A stretch of 64,000 bases of DNA from an uncultured Actinomycetes bacterium (GCA_964618935.1 CAZUDL010000002.1:13915-77914), one strand, 5' to 3'. Positions 9,098 to 18,818 are shown, counted from the first letter of the stretch. The notes: generated by a model from the sequence alone, not told the origin. Translations and numbers: made by a program.

Positions 9098-9471
9098 GCG
9101 ACATCCGGACCGACACCGCTCCGGCCGTCCCGCCGGACACGACCGCGCCGGAGGGGGACCCGCTGCGAGCCTCGGAGGAGATGATCCGGGACGCGCTCTC
9201 CGAGGTCTACGACCCGGAGATCGGCATCGACATCGTCTCCCTCGGGCTCATCTACGGCACCGAGATCGACGAGGCCGGCCTGCTCACGGTCGACATGACG
9301 CTCACCTCGCCCTTCTGCCCGCTTGGCAGCATCCTCCAGGCCCAGATCCACGCCGTCTGCGCCCCGCTGCCCGGCGTGGAGGACGTGCGGGTGAACCTGG
9401 TCTGGGTTCCGCCGTGGGACCCCCGGACCATGGCGTCGGACGAGGCCAGGCTGGAGCTCGGCATCTATTGA
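9094..9471 (+). CDS. sufT: SufT / DUF59 (MIP18-family) Fe-S assembly protein
   Basis: 'VYDPEIGIDIVSLGLIY...DMTLTSPFCPL' DUF59 signature. Strong Shine-Dalgarno motif 'aaggaga' and ATGA overlap with sufU. Confidence 0.75.
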   Translation: MSDIRTDTAPAVPPDTTAPEGDPLRASEEMIRDALSEVYDPEIGIDIVSLGLIYGTEIDEAGLLTVDMTLTSPFCPLGSILQAQIHAVCAPLPGVEDVRVNLVWVPPWDPRTMASDEARLELGIY

Positions 9472-9515
9472 CCCGGCGTCGCCCGGCCGTGAGCCGCCGC
9501 GGTTAGGGACGGGGG

Positions 9516-9899
9516 ATGTCCGCGGTGCCCGACCACCTCTTCGGCAAGCGCGAGGCCGATGGGCTGCTTCCCCGGCTCCGAGAGCTGATCGGAGCTCTCC
9601 AGACGGCGGCGACCTCGGATGCGGCCCAGGCCGCCCGCGAGCACCTCGCCTCCGCGGGCCGGTCCAACGGCTCGGCAGGGGCGGCGGCGGCGGCGAGCCG
9701 CGCCGCAGCCGAGATCGACACCGCTCTCGACGAGATCGATCGTCTCGGGGTGATCCTCCGCGACGCCGCCACCGGCCTGTGCGACTTCCCGTCGACTCGG
9801 GACGGGCGGGAGGTCTACCTGTGCTGGAAGCTCGACGAGGACGAGGTCGCCTGGTGGCATCCGCGGGACGTCGGCATCGCCGGGCGCCGGAAGCTGTAG
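9516..9899 (+). CDS. hypothetical protein (DUF2203-like C-terminus 'LCWKLDEDEVAWWH')
   Basis: ORF downstream of the suf operon with a conserved-looking C-terminal motif. Function unknown. Confidence 0.5.
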   Translation: MSAVPDHLFGKREADGLLPRLRELIGALQTAATSDAAQAAREHLASAGRSNGSAGAAAAASRAAAEIDTALDEIDRLGVILRDAATGLCDFPSTRDGREVYLCWKLDEDEVAWWHPRDVGIAGRRKL

Positions 9900-10224
9900 C
9901 CCCGGCCTCCACGGTCCCGGTACACTGTCCTCAGCGTCTCCGGCCCTTCGTCTCACCGCACCTTCCGAACGACGCTTCGCGGTCCTGAGGCGATGCGGCA
10001 CTCCCAGAAAAGGAGGGTCATGCCGATGAATGATTGCCCAAGTACAGGCTTACAGCCGACCAGCGCCGGAGGCGTCTGCTGATCGCCGAAAGCCGGACCT
10101 TGTGAGACGCGATCGCTGACAGCGATCGGGGCGTCTCCGAGCGCTCGACGGGGTGTCCACCACTCGGGTGGGCGCCCCGTTGTCGTCTCCGGGGCTCGCC
10201 GGGCGGAAGCCGGGCCGCAAGCCG

Positions 10225-10839
10225 TCAGACGAAGCGGGCCGCCTCCAGCTGGGCCTCTCGCGTGGCCGCTCGTGGAGCGGCTACGATCTGGTCCGTCTCC
10301 ACATAGCCCTCGGTGCCATCCGCCAGGCGCACCCGGGTGAAGGGCCCTGTCCCTCCAGGCACCGCCTCGACGGGGCTGGCTGTGAAGATCCGAGCTCCAC
10401 GCGGCGCGTTCCACTCGGGTTCTGTGAAGAGGTGGTATGGCATGCCGGCCCACGAGGCCACGAGGCTGACGGGGCCGGGCGGCACCCGCCTGTCGCGGTA
10501 GACGGTGCGGTCGTCCGCAGCGCCCCGGGTCAGAAGCTGGACCAGCTGGAGGGCGCGCGGCGTCGCGCCACGGCCGGCGCTGGCCGCGACCGTGACCAGG
10601 GTCCCGGCCGGCGTCACCTGCGCCTCGCAGGTCACCCACCGGGTCCTGAACCAGACCCGCTTCGACCACTGGCCGATGAGGCCCTTGCGGCGGAACTCGA
10701 CGATGCGGGCCCGCCCCTCGGCAAGGACCTCGAAACGGAAGGGGAAGGTGCCCAGCATCTGCTCCATCACCGAGAAGACCTCCCGCGGGGGGACGGCGGC
10801 CAGGAGCGTCCAGCGATGAGCCTGCTTCGCCCGGAACAT
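10225..10839 (-). CDS. hypothetical protein (204 aa)
   Basis: ATG at 10839 (MFRAKQAHRW...). Globular composition. The C-terminal third looks like a small beta-rich (SH3-like) domain. Confidence 0.45.
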   Translation of the reverse strand: MFRAKQAHRWTLLAAVPPREVFSVMEQMLGTFPFRFEVLAEGRARIVEFRRKGLIGQWSKRVWFRTRWVTCEAQVTPAGTLVTVAASAGRGATPRALQLVQLLTRGAADDRTVYRDRRVPPGPVSLVASWAGMPYHLFTEPEWNAPRGARIFTASPVEAVPGGTGPFTRVRLADGTEGYVETDQIVAAPRAATREAQLEAARFV

Positions 10840-10888
10840 GATCGAGATTGTACGGACCGGCGGTGCCTCCGACGCCGGCCAGGCGGGG

Positions 10889-11362
10889 TCAGGCGCCGGC
10901 CGCGGCGCCTCCGGTGACGCGCCGCCGCTGCGGGCGGGGCGGAACGGCGGGGAGCGGAGCGGACGCGGGACCACCGGGGAGCGCCACGGGGTCGACCGGC
11001 GGCAGGGCCGGCCGTGTGAACACCTCGATCTCATAGGTCCGGCACATGGCGTCGAACCGCTCCCTGGCCGGGGCGTCCAGCCACTCCCGGTGCTGGGCCA
11101 GGAACGGCACGACCGCCCGCCTCAGATAGGGGCCACGGGCCATCCACTGGTAGTAGTCGCGGCCGGCGTGGTGGTACGGCCCGTAGAGGCTTCCGCCCGG
11201 GAAGCGCGAGGTCAGCCACCGGAAGATGCCCTCGTGGCGGACGTGCATCCGGAGCGTGATCTGGGGCTGCCTCCCGTCGCCGCCGAAGTGCGCCTCCCCG
11301 GCGAGGAGGCCGAGGAGGTAGCCGGTGCTGATGCCGTCCACATCGCGCAGGAGGCTGTCCAT
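10889..11362 (-). CDS. free-standing LAGLIDADG-like homing-endonuclease-fold protein (158 aa), tentative
   Basis: 'MDSLLRDVDGISTGYLLGLLAGEAHFGGDG' resembles the LAGLIDADG motif plus a following GDG motif. A later 'VVPFLAQH' resembles the I-CreI-type 'PFL' region. The size matches single-motif family members. Confidence 0.4.
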   Translation of the reverse strand: MDSLLRDVDGISTGYLLGLLAGEAHFGGDGRQPQITLRMHVRHEGIFRWLTSRFPGGSLYGPYHHAGRDYYQWMARGPYLRRAVVPFLAQHREWLDAPARERFDAMCRTYEIEVFTRPALPPVDPVALPGGPASAPLPAVPPRPQRRRVTGGAAAGA

Positions 11363-11395
11363 GGCGGCATCGTACCGCGTTGTTTCACCGTAGGT

Positions 11396-11411
11396 TGTTT
11401 CCCGTGAATCA
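11396..11411. promoter_or_regulatory. parS: parS-like centromere site (TGTTTCCCGTGAATCA, 14/16 match to TGTTTCACGTGAAACA) upstream of parA
   Basis: A near-palindromic 16-mer 88 bp upstream of parA. A partial half-site 'TGTTTCACC' lies at 11381-11389. Confidence 0.45.
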
Positions 11412-11498
11412 TCGAGGGCGCCCCGGGGTGGCGTCAGCGAGCCCCTCCCCCGGCAGCACACCGCCGGCTGACCGCTGCGGCAGCCATAATCCAGAGCC

Positions 11499-12305
11499 GT
11501 GCCCGCCCTCATCATCGCCGTCGCCAACCAGAAGGGCGGCGTGGGCAAGACGACGACGGTGATCAACGTCGCCGCCATCCTCGCCGAGATGGGACGCCGG
11601 GTCCTCCTCATCGACTGCGACCCCCAGGCCAACGCCACCTCGGGCCTGGGCGTGGCCCGGCGGGACATCGGCGCCAGCATCTACGACGTCCTGGTTCTCG
11701 GGCGCCCACTCTCGGAAGCCAGGATCCCCACCCGCATCCCCGGTCTCGAACTGATCCCGTCCGACATCGCCCTCGCCGGAGCCGAGATCGAACTGGTCGC
11801 CGTCGCGCGGCGGGAGAAGCGGCTCACCTATGCCCTCGAGGCGCTCGCCGACGATCCCATCGACTACATCTTCCTCGACTGCCCGCCGAGCCTCGGGCTG
11901 CTCACGGTCAACGCCGTCGTCGCCGCCCAGGCCCTGCTCGTGCCCATCCAGTGCGAGTTCTACGCTCTGGAGGGTCTCGGCCTGCTCACCCACACCCTCC
12001 AGCTCCTGCGCCGCGAACTCAACCCGGACCTCGCCATCGCCGGCATCGTCCTCACCCTCCACGATGCCCGGCTGACCCTCGCCAACCAGGTGGTCGACGA
12101 GGTCCGCGCCCGTTTCGGCGACGACGTCCTCGATCCGGTGATCCCCCGCAACGTCCGGCTGAGCGAAGCCCCCAGCTACGGCCTCGCCATCACCGAGTAC
12201 GCGCCCACCTCCCGCGGCGCCATCGCATACCGCGAGCTGGCCGCCAATCTCGACGCCCGCCTCCAGGCACGCGCCGCCGGCCTCATCGCGGGTTCCCTGG
12301 CATGA
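11499..12305 (+). CDS. parA: chromosome partitioning ATPase ParA/Soj
   Basis: Deviant Walker A 'ANQKGGVGKTTT' and 'LIDCDPQANAT'. Followed by parB. Confidence 0.9.
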   Translation: MPALIIAVANQKGGVGKTTTVINVAAILAEMGRRVLLIDCDPQANATSGLGVARRDIGASIYDVLVLGRPLSEARIPTRIPGLELIPSDIALAGAEIELVAVARREKRLTYALEALADDPIDYIFLDCPPSLGLLTVNAVVAAQALLVPIQCEFYALEGLGLLTHTLQLLRRELNPDLAIAGIVLTLHDARLTLANQVVDEVRARFGDDVLDPVIPRNVRLSEAPSYGLAITEYAPTSRGAIAYRELAANLDARLQARAAGLIAGSLA

Positions 12306-12342
12306 CCGCGGCGGCCGCCTCACAGACAGGGGGAGCATCCCG

Positions 12343-13236
12343 ATGACCCCACCACCCCGCCGCGGTCTCGGCAGAGGCCTCGACGCCCTGCTCGCCAGCA
12401 GCGACCCCGGACGCGATCTGGAAGGCGGCTCCGCCCTCATCGAGGTCGATCCCTCGCGGGTCCGTCCCAACCCCGAGCAGCCCCGCCGCCACTTCGACCC
12501 GGTCTCGCTGGCCCCCCTCGCCGACTCCATCCGCCGTGACGGCCTGCTGCATCCCATCGTCGTGGAGGCCGATGCCGACGGCTACCGCCTGGTCGCCGGC
12601 GAGCGCCGGCTCCGCGCCGCCCAGCAGGCGGGCGTCACCAGTCTGCCCGCCATCGTCCGCCCCGCCTCGGAATCGGCGCGACAGGCCCTCGAGCTGGCGC
12701 TCACCGAGAACCTCCTCCGCGAGGACCTCAACCCGCTCGACGAGGCCGCCGCGTACGCACGCCTCGCCGACGCCTTCGGCCTCTCCCACGAGGCCATCGC
12801 GCTGCGCCTCGGACGCAGCCGTCCCGCGGTCACCAACGCCATCCGACTCCTCCAACTCCCCGCCCCACTCCAGGCGTCGGTCGCCTCGGGGGAGCTGAAC
12901 GCCGGCCAGGCCCGCGCCCTGCTGGCCCTGCGCGACGAGGCGGAGATGATCGCGCTCGGCCGCCGTGCCGCCCACGACGCACTCACCGTGCGCGCCGTCG
13001 AGGAAGCTGTCCAGCAGCTTCAGGCCGAGCCGGCGCCGTCACCTCCGCCGCGCCCCGCCGCGGCCGCCACCCCTCTGGCCCCCGACGACGAGCACCTCCG
13101 CCGTGGCTTCGAGCAGGCTCTGGGCCTGCCCGTCACCCTCCAGCGGCGGCGCACCGGTGGACGTCTCATCGTCGACTTCGCCGACGACGAGGACCTGGAC
13201 GGCCTCTACCACCGGCTCGGCGGTCCCCGCCTCTAG
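12343..13236 (+). CDS. parB: chromosome partitioning protein ParB/Spo0J
   Basis: ParB box 'GERRLRAAQQAG'. N-terminal 'GLGRGLDALL'. Helix-turn-helix region. Confidence 0.9.
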   Translation: MTPPPRRGLGRGLDALLASSDPGRDLEGGSALIEVDPSRVRPNPEQPRRHFDPVSLAPLADSIRRDGLLHPIVVEADADGYRLVAGERRLRAAQQAGVTSLPAIVRPASESARQALELALTENLLREDLNPLDEAAAYARLADAFGLSHEAIALRLGRSRPAVTNAIRLLQLPAPLQASVASGELNAGQARALLALRDEAEMIALGRRAAHDALTVRAVEEAVQQLQAEPAPSPPPRPAAAATPLAPDDEHLRRGFEQALGLPVTLQRRRTGGRLIVDFADDEDLDGLYHRLGGPRL

Positions 13237-13360
13237 ACGGCCCCGAGCCTCGGACCCGCCGCCCGCGGGTCAGCGCATCGGCGACCGCCTTCTCGCCACG
13301 GGCGCAGCCCGTCACCATCCGCCGCGCCGGCGGCCGACCGGCCCCCCAAGACGGCCTGGC

Positions 13361-13987
13361 TCAGCCCACGGGCCGGTCCAGCGATCCGGTGAGCCTCCCC
13401 TGGCACGTGACCACGTCCAGGTTCTGCACGAACGCCTCGATGTACTTCGGCCGCTCCGCCGGCTTGTAGTCGAGCAGGAAGGCGTGCTCCCAGACGTCCA
13501 TCACCACGATCGGCTTGAAACCGGCGATGTTGCCGTCCTGGTGCAGCGTGATCCAGTGATTGGAGAGCCGGCCCGTCGCCGGGTCCAGATAGGTCACCGC
13601 CCAGCCCACGCCGCGCATGCCGCCGATGGCGGTGAAGTCGCGCTTCCACGTCTCGATGTCGCCGAACGACTCCCCCAGGGCCCGACCCAACGGCGACGAG
13701 CTTGAGATGTCGCCGCCGCCCTTGGCGGTCATGTTGCCGAAGTACCACTCGTGGAGGACCATGCCGTTGTACTCGAAGGGCAGCCGCCGGGTCAGCTCGG
13801 CGTAGGCCGGCGTCCCCGCCTGACCCTTCTCACCCAGCTCCACCAGCTGCTCCGTCAGCGTATTTGTGTTTTTGACATACCCGGCATAAAGTCCGAAGTG
13901 AATCTCCAGCGTGTGGTCAGAGATCCCCTGCAGGCCGCTGAGGCCGAACTCCTTTGCCTTGTATGGGGAGCGGGTCAAGAGAGCCAT
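13361..13987 (-). CDS. sodA: Fe/Mn superoxide dismutase
   Basis: 'HFGLYAGYV', 'DVWEHAFLLDYKP' and 'WEHAF' Fe/Mn-SOD signatures. ATG at 13987 (MALLTRSPY). Confidence 0.85.
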   Translation of the reverse strand: MALLTRSPYKAKEFGLSGLQGISDHTLEIHFGLYAGYVKNTNTLTEQLVELGEKGQAGTPAYAELTRRLPFEYNGMVLHEWYFGNMTAKGGGDISSSSPLGRALGESFGDIETWKRDFTAIGGMRGVGWAVTYLDPATGRLSNHWITLHQDGNIAGFKPIVVMDVWEHAFLLDYKPAERPKYIEAFVQNLDVVTCQGRLTGSLDRPVG

Positions 13988-14289
13988 CGACGTCCTCCGC
14001 CTGGGTGATGACCGCGGGCCGGTCCCCCGGCCGCTGACACCTTCCATTGTGGCGCATCGCCGCCGCCGGAGCCAGACCCGGCCCCGCCGCCGCCTCCCCG
14101 GTGCCGGACCACCCCACCGCCGGGCAGCCGTGCCGCTCGCCCGTATAATCCCGCCGCAGGGGGCGCCGGCACGGTTCGCTCTCATCCGGCCCGCCACCGG
14201 CCGCGAGAGGTTCGGGCGCTCCGCACAGCGGTCCGCAGGCGACCATCCACGCGACGACACACGGGCGGTCGGTTCCCGCCAGCACCCCC

Positions 14290-15123
14290 ATGCAGAAGCC
14301 CACACCGGCCTCAGAGCCGCCCCCTCCGCTCGACACGGACGGCGCGCCCGTCTCGTCACTCGGCGTCCACCCCGCCGCCCGCGCCCCCTCGGCTCCGCCA
14401 CGGAACACCTGGTTCCGCGACCTCGTCGAGGTCCTCCTCATCGCCCTCGTCCTCTACGGCGCAATCTCGACCTGCCTCCAGACCGTCCGGGTGGACGGAA
14501 CCAGCATGGTCAACACCCTGCAGGACGGCGACCTCCTCATCGCCAGCAAGATCTCCTACGTCATCGGCAGCCCCGAGCGTGGCGACATCGTCGTCCTCGA
14601 CCCTCCGCCCTACTGTGGCGGCTCCGTCTGTGCCGGGACGATCCCCTACGTCAAGCGCGTGATCGGCCTCCCCGGGGACAACCTCGAGATCGACGGCAAC
14701 GACCACCCCACGGCCATCCTCATCCAGCCCGGCGGCACCGGGCCGTGGAGCCGGCTTGCCGAGCCATACCTCCCCGACGCGTGGGATGAGGTGACCGACT
14801 GCTGCACGGCCCACGGCATGTACACCGTCGACCAGCCCGAGGTGATGCACATCCCCGCGGGCATGTACTTCGTCCTCGGCGACAACCGCAACGCGTCCAA
14901 CGACTCCCGCTTCTTCGGGCTCGTGCCCCGCAGCAAGATCCTCGCCAAGGTGATCCTCAGGATCTGGCCGTTCGGCAGCTTCGGCAGCCTGGGCCCAGGC
15001 CCGACGCTGGTGACCGCGCCCGCCCCCGGCGTCCTCCTCCTCGGTTGGGGCCGCCGGCGGCGCCGCCGGATCGCCCGAGAATTGCGAGTCCTGCGGGCCG
15101 CACCACCGGTGCGGGCGGCCTGA
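14290..15123 (+). CDS. lepB: signal peptidase I
   Basis: N-terminal transmembrane segment. Box B 'GTSMVNTL', box D 'YVKRVIGLPGD', box E 'FVLGDNRNASNDSR'. Confidence 0.85.
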   Translation: MQKPTPASEPPPPLDTDGAPVSSLGVHPAARAPSAPPRNTWFRDLVEVLLIALVLYGAISTCLQTVRVDGTSMVNTLQDGDLLIASKISYVIGSPERGDIVVLDPPPYCGGSVCAGTIPYVKRVIGLPGDNLEIDGNDHPTAILIQPGGTGPWSRLAEPYLPDAWDEVTDCCTAHGMYTVDQPEVMHIPAGMYFVLGDNRNASNDSRFFGLVPRSKILAKVILRIWPFGSFGSLGPGPTLVTAPAPGVLLLGWGRRRRRRIARELRVLRAAPPVRAA

Positions 15124-15138
15124 CCTGCCGGCGTCAGT

Positions 15139-15600
15139 TCAGCTGCCGCCGTCCACCCAGCCGCCCAGGTCGCTTCCCCAGTCGACCAGTTCGGAATCCC
15201 GGAAGAACAGCGCCACCTCGACCTCGGCCCGTTCCACTGAGTCGCTGCCATGCACGACATTCGTGCTGATGGCGACGGCGAGGTCGCCGCGGATCGTCCC
15301 CGGCGCTGCGTCGACCGGGTTCGTCGCCCCCATCGTCGACCGCACCAGCCGCACGGCCCCGCGGCCCTCCCAGACCATGGCCACCACCGGCCCCGAACTG
15401 ATGAAGTCGACCAGTGACGGGTAGAACGGCTTCCCCACGTGCTCGGCATAGTGCCGGGACGCCAGGGACTCGTCGATGCGCATGAGCTTGAGGCCGGTCA
15501 GGTGCAGCCCGCGCCGCTCCAGACGGCCGATGATCTCGCCGACCAGGCCACGCTGGACCCCGTCGGGCTTCACCAGGACGAGAGTGCGCTCCGCGGTCAT
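15139..15600 (-). CDS. ndk: nucleoside diphosphate kinase
   Basis: '[17 protein letters not shown]...NVVHGSDS' NDK signature with active-site His. Confidence 0.9.
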   Translation of the reverse strand: MTAERTLVLVKPDGVQRGLVGEIIGRLERRGLHLTGLKLMRIDESLASRHYAEHVGKPFYPSLVDFISSGPVVAMVWEGRGAVRLVRSTMGATNPVDAAPGTIRGDLAVAISTNVVHGSDSVERAEVEVALFFRDSELVDWGSDLGGWVDGGS

Positions 15601-15652
15601 GCCTTCTCCTGCTCTTCGTGGTCCGACCGCGCCGCCGGGGCCGCCTCGGCGG

Positions 15653-16954
15653 TCACGACGCGCGGGCCAACGCCTGCTCGAAGCGCTCGGGCTTCGAGAA
15701 TGGACCGATGACGGCGCCGCGCAGGCCCCGGTGGCAGATCTCCTCCGCCAGCTGCCTCACCTGCTCGGCGGTGACCGCCTCCAGGGCGGCGACGACCTCG
15801 TCGGCGATCATGATCGGCCCGGCGAGGAGCTCCTGCTGCCCGAGGAACTGGCTGAGGGCGCCGGTCCCCTCAAGATGGAGGAGGAGACGGCCCTTGGCGT
15901 ATTCCTTCGCCTTGCGCAGCTCCTGCTCTCCCACCGCGGTGCCGGCCACCCGCACCAGCTCGCCGACGGCGGCATCGACCGCCCGAACCGCCCGGCGCGG
16001 CTCGCAGCCGATGTAGATGCCGAGGTACCCGGTGTCGCTCAGCTTGCTGGTGAAGGAGTGGATGTCGTAGGCGAGGGCCTTCACCTCGCGCAGCTCCTGG
16101 AACAGGCGGCTGGACATCCCCTCGCCCAGGATCACGTTGAGCAGGTCGAGGACGAAGCGCCGCTCGTCGCGGTAGGAGCACGCGTGCGCCCCGACGATGA
16201 TGTTGGCCTGCTCGCTGGCCTTGCGCAGGAACCGCAGGCTGGGAGCGGGGCCCTCGTCGGCGCCCGCCGGCTCCGGCACCTCGCTGCCCACCGGCTTCGC
16301 CGGCACGGACGCGACCAGCTCCGTGACCGCCTCGTGGTCGATGGCCCCGGCAACGCTGACGACCAGCCGCTCCGGCCGGTAGTGGCGACCCAGGTGGCCT
16401 CGGCACGCGCCGGTGTCGAAGCTGCGCACCGTCTCCTCGGTGCCCGCGACGTCCCACCCCAGCGGCTGCCCCGGGTACATCACCTCGTCGAACAGGGTGC
16501 TGACGTGCTCCTGCGGGTTGTCCAGGTACATCCGGAGCTCCTCGATGACCACCTGGCGCTCCTTGGTCACCTCATCCGCATCGAGGGCCGGCTCGAAGAG
16601 CATGTCGGCGAGAACGCTCACCGCCAGCGGCAGGTGCTCCGCCGGCACCTTGGCGTAGAAGACCGTCGCCTCCTTGTCCGTGGCGGCGTTGATCGCTCCG
16701 CCAACGCTCTCGATGGCCTCGGAGATGGCTCGCGCGGTGGGGAAGAGGCGGCCCCCCTTGAACACGATGTGCTCGATGAAGTGGCTGAGGCCGCAGTTGT
16801 CCGGGCGCTCGTGGCGCGACCCCACCCCGAACATGAAGGCGACCGATGCGGAGCGCCGCTCCGGCATCGGCGCGGTGATCAGCCGGACGCCCCCGGCCAG
16901 CCGGGCCAGCCGGTAGCCGCGCATGCCCGGGGTCGTCCCCGCGGTGGCTACCAC
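15653..16954 (-). CDS. M16-family zinc peptidase (insulinase-like)
   Basis: Inverted zincin motif '[10 protein letters not shown]' and downstream Glu 'VIEELRM'. About 430 aa. Confidence 0.8.
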   Translation of the reverse strand: MVATAGTTPGMRGYRLARLAGGVRLITAPMPERRSASVAFMFGVGSRHERPDNCGLSHFIEHIVFKGGRLFPTARAISEAIESVGGAINAATDKEATVFYAKVPAEHLPLAVSVLADMLFEPALDADEVTKERQVVIEELRMYLDNPQEHVSTLFDEVMYPGQPLGWDVAGTEETVRSFDTGACRGHLGRHYRPERLVVSVAGAIDHEAVTELVASVPAKPVGSEVPEPAGADEGPAPSLRFLRKASEQANIIVGAHACSYRDERRFVLDLLNVILGEGMSSRLFQELREVKALAYDIHSFTSKLSDTGYLGIYIGCEPRRAVRAVDAAVGELVRVAGTAVGEQELRKAKEYAKGRLLLHLEGTGALSQFLGQQELLAGPIMIADEVVAALEAVTAEQVRQLAEEICHRGLRGAVIGPFSKPERFEQALARAS

Positions 16955-17745
16955 CGCTCCCGCCGGGGCCCTCGCTCGTGATCGCGCGGCCGGTCGCCGC
17001 CGCCCCGGCCGCCCGGGCGGAGCGGCCGCTCCGGCAGCTCGGGAAGATCCGGCTGCGCCGGTCCGGTGGGATGGATCACCACCCGGCGCGCCGGCTCGAC
17101 GCCGATGCTCTCGGTCCGAACGCCCTCGTCACCGTTCAGGGCCAGGTGGATGGCGCGCCGCTCGTAGGGATGCATGGGATCCAGGGTGGAGCGCTGCCCG
17201 GTTCTCTTCACGCGGTTCGCCAGGCGCAGCGCCAGCTCCCGCACCTGCTCCTCCCGCCGGGCCCGGTAGCGCTCGACATCGATGATCACCCGGCGCCTGG
17301 TCCGGCCCTCGTCCTCGCCCATCATCAGATTGACGGCGGTCTGCAGGGCGCGCAGGGTCTCCCCGCGCCAGCCGATGAGCAGGCCCAGGTCGTCACCGCT
17401 CACGTCCAGCACCGGCGGCGCACCCGGCCCCGCGGCGGCCGGCGGCCGGCGCACGGCGATCCGCGCGGGGATCTCCATGCGGCGCAGCAGGTCGACCAGC
17501 GTGGCGCGCGCACGCGCGGTGTGCTCATCCAGCTTCGACACCCGCACCCTGGCCTCGCCCGCCCCGGAGACGCGCTCCCCGGGCAGGGCCTGGGCGGGAC
17601 GCGCCAGCACCTCCACCGTCGTGTCCTCCGGCGCCGCTCCCAACTCCCCAAGGGCGGCCTCGATGGCGGCTTCCACGGTTGCGCCCGTCGCCTCGACGGT
17701 CTCCCACTCCTGCTGGAGGATGTCAGCCTCGATCTCTGTCACCAT
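16948..17745 (-). CDS. jag: Jag/KhpB RNA-binding protein (KH + R3H domains)
   Basis: Conserved position downstream of yidC. C-terminal R3H-like 'LDPMHPYERRAIHLAL'. Confidence 0.7.
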   Translation of the reverse strand: MVTEIEADILQQEWETVEATGATVEAAIEAALGELGAAPEDTTVEVLARPAQALPGERVSGAGEARVRVSKLDEHTARARATLVDLLRRMEIPARIAVRRPPAAAGPGAPPVLDVSGDDLGLLIGWRGETLRALQTAVNLMMGEDEGRTRRRVIIDVERYRARREEQVRELALRLANRVKRTGQRSTLDPMHPYERRAIHLALNGDEGVRTESIGVEPARRVVIHPTGPAQPDLPELPERPLRPGGRGGGDRPRDHERGPRRERW

Positions 17746-17756
17746 TCCCTCCCCGC

Positions 17757-18818
17757 CTAGCGGCGGCGCTTGCCTTTCCTCTGGGCCCGGGCCGGAACCC
17801 GCCCCGTCCCCGGCGCCGTCGGCCCGGATGGCCGCCCCGCCCTCGCCCCCGGGCGCGTGCTGCGCGGGGGCACCGCGCCGGAGCGCGCCGCGCCGTTCCT
17901 GCCATTCGACGAGGCCACCGGAGCGTGACCCGTCCCCCTCGCGGCGGGCGCGCTGAAGTCACTCTTCGGGTAGGACAAGGGGGTGGTGCGGCCGGCGCCG
18001 GGCATCCAGGTCGGGATGCGCAGCGAGCCCCAGCCCATGAGATGGAACTGCTGGACGATCATGGCGATCGCGCGCGTCATCCAGTAGATGGCCAGCCCCT
18101 GGGGCCAGATGATGGCGAAGACCAGGGTCATGATCGGGAACAGGTAGGCCATGTTCCTGGTCATGCCCGACATCTGACGTTCCGTGTCGCTCATGTCCGG
18201 CCGCATCGGCGGCGTCACCATCCGCGACTGGATGAACTGGGCCGCCCCGGTGATCAGGGGGACGATCAGCAGGGTCAGATTGAAGGGGTGGGTGAAGAGG
18301 TGGCCGAAGTTGTTGCCCACCGCCTGCCCGACCGTCTTGGAGACGTCGGCGATCCAGAGAAAGTGGGGGTCGATGCCCTTGGGCAGATGCGACGTCACAT
18401 TCCTGATGGCGTAGAAGAGGCCGTAGAGGACGGGGAGCTGGACCAGCAGCGGCAGGCACCCCGACATGGAGCTGAAGGGGCTCACGCCGTGCTCGGCGTA
18501 GACCTTCTGCATCTCCTCCTGGGCCTTGCGGGCCTGCCCCTTGTAGCGCTTGCGGATCTCCTGGATCTGCGGCCCGACCAGCCGCTGCTCCTGCTGGATG
18601 CGCCGCTGCGTCTTCAGCTGCCACCCGTAGAGGGGGAAGAGGAGCACCTGGATGATCAGGGTGGTGGCGATGATGGCCAGACCGACGGCACCGATGGCGG
18701 CGAGGACGCCCACCCCGGCGAACGCCTGGGTCAGCAGCGAGAGCAGCCAGCCGATCGGATACTTGAGGACGCTCAGGATGTGGATCGGGTTGAGGTCGAG
18801 GCCGGCGACAGGCATCAC
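17757..18818 (-). CDS. yidC: membrane protein insertase YidC (short Gram-positive form)
   Basis: Multiple transmembrane helices. Conserved 'QVLLFPLY...Q...IQ.EQ' region. Basic C-terminal tail. Lies between yidD and jag. Confidence 0.85.
   Translation of the reverse strand: MMPVAGLDLNPIHILSVLKYPIGWLLSLLTQAFAGVGVLAAIGAVGLAIIATTLIIQVLLFPLYGWQLKTQRRIQQEQRLVGPQIQEIRKRYKGQARKAQEEMQKVYAEHGVSPFSSMSGCLPLLVQLPVLYGLFYAIRNVTSHLPKGIDPHFLWIADVSKTVGQAVGNNFGHLFTHPFNLTLLIVPLITGAAQFIQSRMVTPPMRPDMSDTERQMSGMTRNMAYLFPIMTLVFAIIWPQGLAIYWMTRAIAMIVQQFHLMGWGSLRIPTWMPGAGRTTPLSYPKSDFSAPAARGTGHAPVASSNGRNGAARSGAVPPRSTRPGARAGRPSGPTAPGTGRVPARAQRKGKRRR

Noticed and set aside
9953-10669. 238-aa minus-strand ORF overlapping gene 10225..10839 in another frame
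   Set aside because: Gly/Arg/Pro-rich composition. The overlapping frame that ends at 10225 has a more protein-like composition.
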